Assembly: GCA_048013815.1 (NCBI GenBank)
Contig: CM106585.1
Location: forward strand, 4,216,001-4,280,000
DNA: 64,000 bases
Reading direction: 5' to 3'
From: Setoptus koraiensis
Taxonomy: Eukaryota > Animalia > Arthropoda
Numbering within the stretch: position 1 is the first letter of the stretch; every line of letters starts with the position of its first letter. This document shows, one piece after another, positions 59,961 to 64,000 of the stretch. Both the position numbers and the translations under genes were made by a program. The notes beneath the pieces were generated by a model. That model saw only the letters and a list, made by a program, of their open reading frames with translations, did no database searches and was not told the origin of the DNA.

Positions 59961-60524
59961 GTGAGTACAATTGCGACAATCAGTCGCAATCTCTTTGCCC
60001 TTTTAGATCGAGCTTCCGTGGGCCCAGTGATCACGCAGATAACAAGAGCCAGTTGTCGTTTCGAGGTCAGCGAGGACAGCGACAAAGGGGCCGCTTTTTT
60101 TATTGGCCACAACATGGACAAAGCGGGCTATATTTAGCAGTCGGATGCAGTGGGCCCCATTGTCAAATCTCGTCAATATTTCGTATGCACGGTCACGTGA
60201 CGAGCAGCCACTTTCGCACTCGCGGCCAGGCCGAAAAGCGCCGGGCCCCAATGACAGGCTAGCTCTGTTTTTGTCAAATCTCACACCAACTCTCGAATGG
60301 TGACGCGGTTACGTGGGCGCATACGGCGCCCCGATTTGCATAGTTAGTGCAGCGCGCATCCGTCAACGGAAAGTGTGTTTAATCGATTAATAATAACCGA
60401 TTAATAATAAAACAACGACTGGCGGCGGGCAGGCGCACATAGCTAGCGATATTTTGAGTTGGGCGCTCGCATTAAGGGTGCCCGCGAAAAATGACATGTT
60501 TCGTTGTTTCGTCGGGCCCCAGCG

Positions 60525-60525
60525 T

Positions 60526-60567
<42 letters not shown>
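60525..60567. repeat. (GT)n microsatellite
   Basis: Seen directly. Confidence 0.95.
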
Positions 60568-60570
<3 letters not shown>

Positions 60571-61880
60571 TCATTGCGTCAATGTGTTGGGAGCGTCATT
60601 TGGGGCGATTTCGGTCGGACGACAAACACAATTGGAGTGGGCAGATATTTCGCAATCCGTGGGCGCTTCTCGGATATCGGCGTGGGCCAAATATGCGAAG
60701 GGCGCCCGGCAATGGATTGCAAAATGGTGCGCGCCTCAACTGGAGTTCATCGGAACATGATGGCGGTGGGTGCATTAGACAGGGCAAACAATGGCGAGCT
60801 AGGTGAGCTTTAGTTTTTGTCCTGTCGTCAAGTGCACATGGTTGTTGTTGTTGTTGTTGTTGTTGTCGATTAAATAGATCGAGAGCGCTGGCAGTCGATG
60901 GATGGGCCACTTCACAATACCTGGATATAAACAGGCCTTCCACAACAACAACAACAACAACAACAACGGCACATTCCGACACAGCAACATTTCCACACAA
61001 ACAATTTATTCCGCCTCTCTCGCCCACTCGCTCTCAAATACAATAATCCGCCTACCAACGCAGACTTACCAATAGATTTGGCTGGCAACCAACTGGAGCT
61101 TTACAAGGGCCTCACTCGGGCGCCATTTGACTAAATCCCACCCGAGGGAAACATGTGCGGCCGGCTCACAGCAGTGTAGTGCCGCCGCCGGTAATAGTAT
61201 CATACATTTGAGTGGTTGAGATGATGAGCAATTTAACATTTTCGAGTCTCGTTCGAACTGCTGCGGCTGCTACTGGCTCACCGATCAAGTGTGCTAAGGC
61301 AGCCACTTGTTTCGGGGCCCCCGTCAGCGACAACTCTGCGCCTATATCCATCTGTGGGGCCCACGCATCTTGGCCAGTTGTTACCTGCTGCAAATGGATG
61401 CGGCGTTTTGTGCAAGCTCTGCCGTAATTGATGTAATAGATGCTCTCTCGCGCCACTCCAACGGCGGGACAAACGGGCCCACGCTTGGCTGCGAGCAACT
61501 GTTTTGCGCGACGTGCACAAATTTAATTTTGTTGCCTGTCGAAATTACTTCGTGTTGCCCATTTCAAGTGGGGCCCCATTATCGCTTCGTTTCGCACAAC
61601 TTTATATTATATTTGCACGCCGGCCACCTAATTCGATTTGTCAACTTTTAACTACTCCTGGCGGCGATAATTGAATGGACGAACGATTCGTTCGCTGGGC
61701 AGCGCAAATGTATTGCCCGACGACCACAAGCAGTAAAGTGTAGCTGTAAAATAATATTATGAAGCCGCCGTGACACACAATTGAATTTTGAATGGACGCC
61801 GGTGATGACGCGCATCGCTGACAAGATTTTCCCGCGCCAAGATTGATCACTGTCGGGCCTCTTATCTCGCCTTAGTGTAT

Positions 61881-61941
61881 GAAGCCTTAGTTATCCGCCT
61901 TAGTTATCCGCCTTAGTTGGCCTCTTGTCCGCCTTAGTTAG
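61881..61941. repeat. 13-bp tandem repeat (GCCTTAGTTATCC-like), about 4 copies
   Basis: Seen directly. Confidence 0.75.
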
Positions 61942-62709
61942 CCGCCCATCTAAATGCCAAATTGTGTCTCGTGTGGCGGTCATCGAAAATTAATTTAGGG
62001 GCCGCGCAAGCGAGACACTGGCTGCTGTCGTCGATAGACAGGCGCCGTCACAGGGTTTATTTAGTGGAGTTTTGTTGCCGGCGCCCACTACTCGCAAGTT
62101 TAGCAGTTCTACTTGACACACAATCGACGTTGGAAAGTTCAACAAGGGCTTCAATCAACATTATTTGCATATTATCTTATCTCCATTTTCGAACCGGCAG
62201 CTCCATTTCGACGAGAGGCAGGCACGGCAAGCACCAACGAAGCCAGCGATACAACGATATGGCCATGCAACGATATGGCCATATAACGGTATAGCCAGCG
62301 AAAGAGAGATCCCTCTGAGATGGGGCCTTTTGTGGCCACTGTCACTGGCACACAATTGTCGACCTGTGCTATTGGCTGCCGAGGCCCGGATTGCCCTTTG
62401 GGCCTCGGCAAGAAATATCCGACAGTCTCAGGCTGAGACTCTCAGGCTAAGATAGTCGGAGGGCTGGCCTAATTTATTCCATCCATTTGTATTGCCCCCC
62501 CCCCCCACCGCCCCAATTCACCGACAACCGAGCAAACAGCTGACAAACCAGACAAATCTGTCGGTCTGGCCAGCATAATACTTATACAATACTTGTCAAG
62601 CGCGCCACCGACACAACACTGATTTTATACGACATAAATGATAATAACCTGGTTCAATTCTCGATTCGATGTTCATTCGTTGGCAAGCTTCCAGTCGTGA
62701 ATGTTACGC

Positions 62710-62760
62710 CGTCTCCAATGATTGGATACTCCAACGATTGGAGTCAAATGATTGGAGACG
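62710..62760. repeat. Nested inverted repeat of CCAAT/ATTGG units (51 bp)
   Basis: Outer arms CGTCTCCAAT/ATTGGAGACG (10-bp perfect); inner arms ACTCCAA/TTGGAGT (7-bp perfect). Confidence 0.7.
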
Positions 62761-64000
62761 ACACAGGTAGAATTGCGTGTCGGTAGGTTGCCATTTAACC
62801 GTCGACGAGCCTGTCACAGCAGCCAAACAACTTGTTTTTGTTGATTGCAACGACGGCTTTTTGCAACATTTTCATGTTATTCAATACGTTGTCTGGCAGT
62901 TGTTTGTTTATGTTCATTCATTCATAGTTGCCTGTTGGTTTCTAATGATTTGCACACCATCAATTAATAATAAATAAAAAATAATCGTCGACTCCAAAAC
63001 TGAAACTACAACTAATTTGCAGTGCACCCCTGCCACAACCATTTGATTTACGGTGAGCGAGCTCGAAGGGCGACAAAAACTTTGTTAGTCGATCCAAATT
63101 GAAGATTGTGTTTGATGAACACTGTAACTCACAGACTGTGAGCGGCCGGTTAAAAAACGCATTGACGTCACCCACTGAATTGCGACAAGACAACTGCTGC
63201 CGCTAGCAAGTCATTCAAAACTTACTGCTGGTTAGCTCAATCGGTTGGCTCGTTGTCGACGATGTTACATAATTGAGACGAGACTAGCTCAACTAGAACA
63301 GGCATTTGTGCTCGCTATTGGCTGACTGGCTGGCTGGCTGCGTTTCTTATTGGGTATGAGTCGTAGTCGTTGTCGGCTGCCAATAATTAACAAGTGAAAC
63401 GGGCGAGAATTTCGTTGTCACGTAACATGTTAAAGAAGATGGATTTTGACACGCAGCAATATTTCACTTGATTATCGCCCTGAGATGGGGGATCTCTCGT
63501 CGTTAGATCAGCAATGAAGCGATCATCCATCAATCGAGGCATAGAGCGACGCAGAGAGAGACGCAGAGAGAAAGAGATAATTTACGCTTGCTCGGCTGGC
63601 ATTAGGTGAGCGCCAGTCTCGCTCGCCTTGAGACGGCTCAGCCAGATAGACTTAATATGGCAGTTAATTGAATTGGTGGCAGGACGTGCCAGGCCCCCGG
63701 CTCGGCATTGACGATGCTCTGGGTGCTTGCAAACAGAAGAAAGAGACACAACCTCACTGGGGCCCGCTCAAATTAATATGAGCCAACGCGCCAGCCTGTG
63801 CAGCGGCATGGGCGGCCCACTGGCCCACTGGCCCACTGGCCCCCTGGCCCCTTGGCCCGCATACGTAGTGTAGCGTGAGCCAGCATATGGACCAGCGTGT
63901 GAGTGTAAATAGCGCAAAGTGGCTCCAATTACAATCAATGGCAAACTGACAAGATGAAGAAGAATAGGGAGGAAAAGATTATATCGAGAGGCCGGCTAAA

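Overview
Eukaryotic (animal, arthropod-like) genomic DNA, not prokaryotic. No CRISPR array, rRNA, tRNA or transposase/RT coding sequence was recognised. Fourteen genes are recognisable: MRPS24(+), transportin-3(-), SNU13/15.5K(+), class I PI3K p110(+), GIPC(-), PDCD5(+), WDFY2(-), SNX14-like(+), Kruppel(+), Piwi/Aubergine(-), HIPK(-), TIM50(-), TGS1(+) and tyramine/dopamine beta-hydroxylase(+). Twelve of the 14 have intronless CDSs, including five of about 2.8-4.3 kb. This suggests a strongly intron-depleted genome such as an eriophyoid mite (inference only). AT-rich, tightly packed housekeeping clusters (7.2-29.4 kb, 53.7-56 kb) alternate with GC/CpG-rich, microsatellite-laden non-coding blocks (1-7.2 kb, 29.4-41.9 kb upstream of Kruppel, 59-64 kb). 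Main findings: (1) a three-piece inverted copy of transportin-3 at 7342-8564, about 99% identical to the gene with almost only silent differences, lying antisense inside a probable intron; (2) a p110 PI3K lacking the whole Ras-binding domain and carrying DRN instead of the DRH catalytic motif; (3) an SNX14 lacking its RGS domain; (4) a Kruppel finger with a C-X10-C knuckle; (5) a cluster of bZIP palindromes in 1-6.3 kb; (6) splice-signal evidence for unannotated small secreted-protein genes. The ORF track uses GTG/TTG starts, so I adjusted starts to ATG where appropriate. All homology calls come from recalled family motifs, not from database searches.
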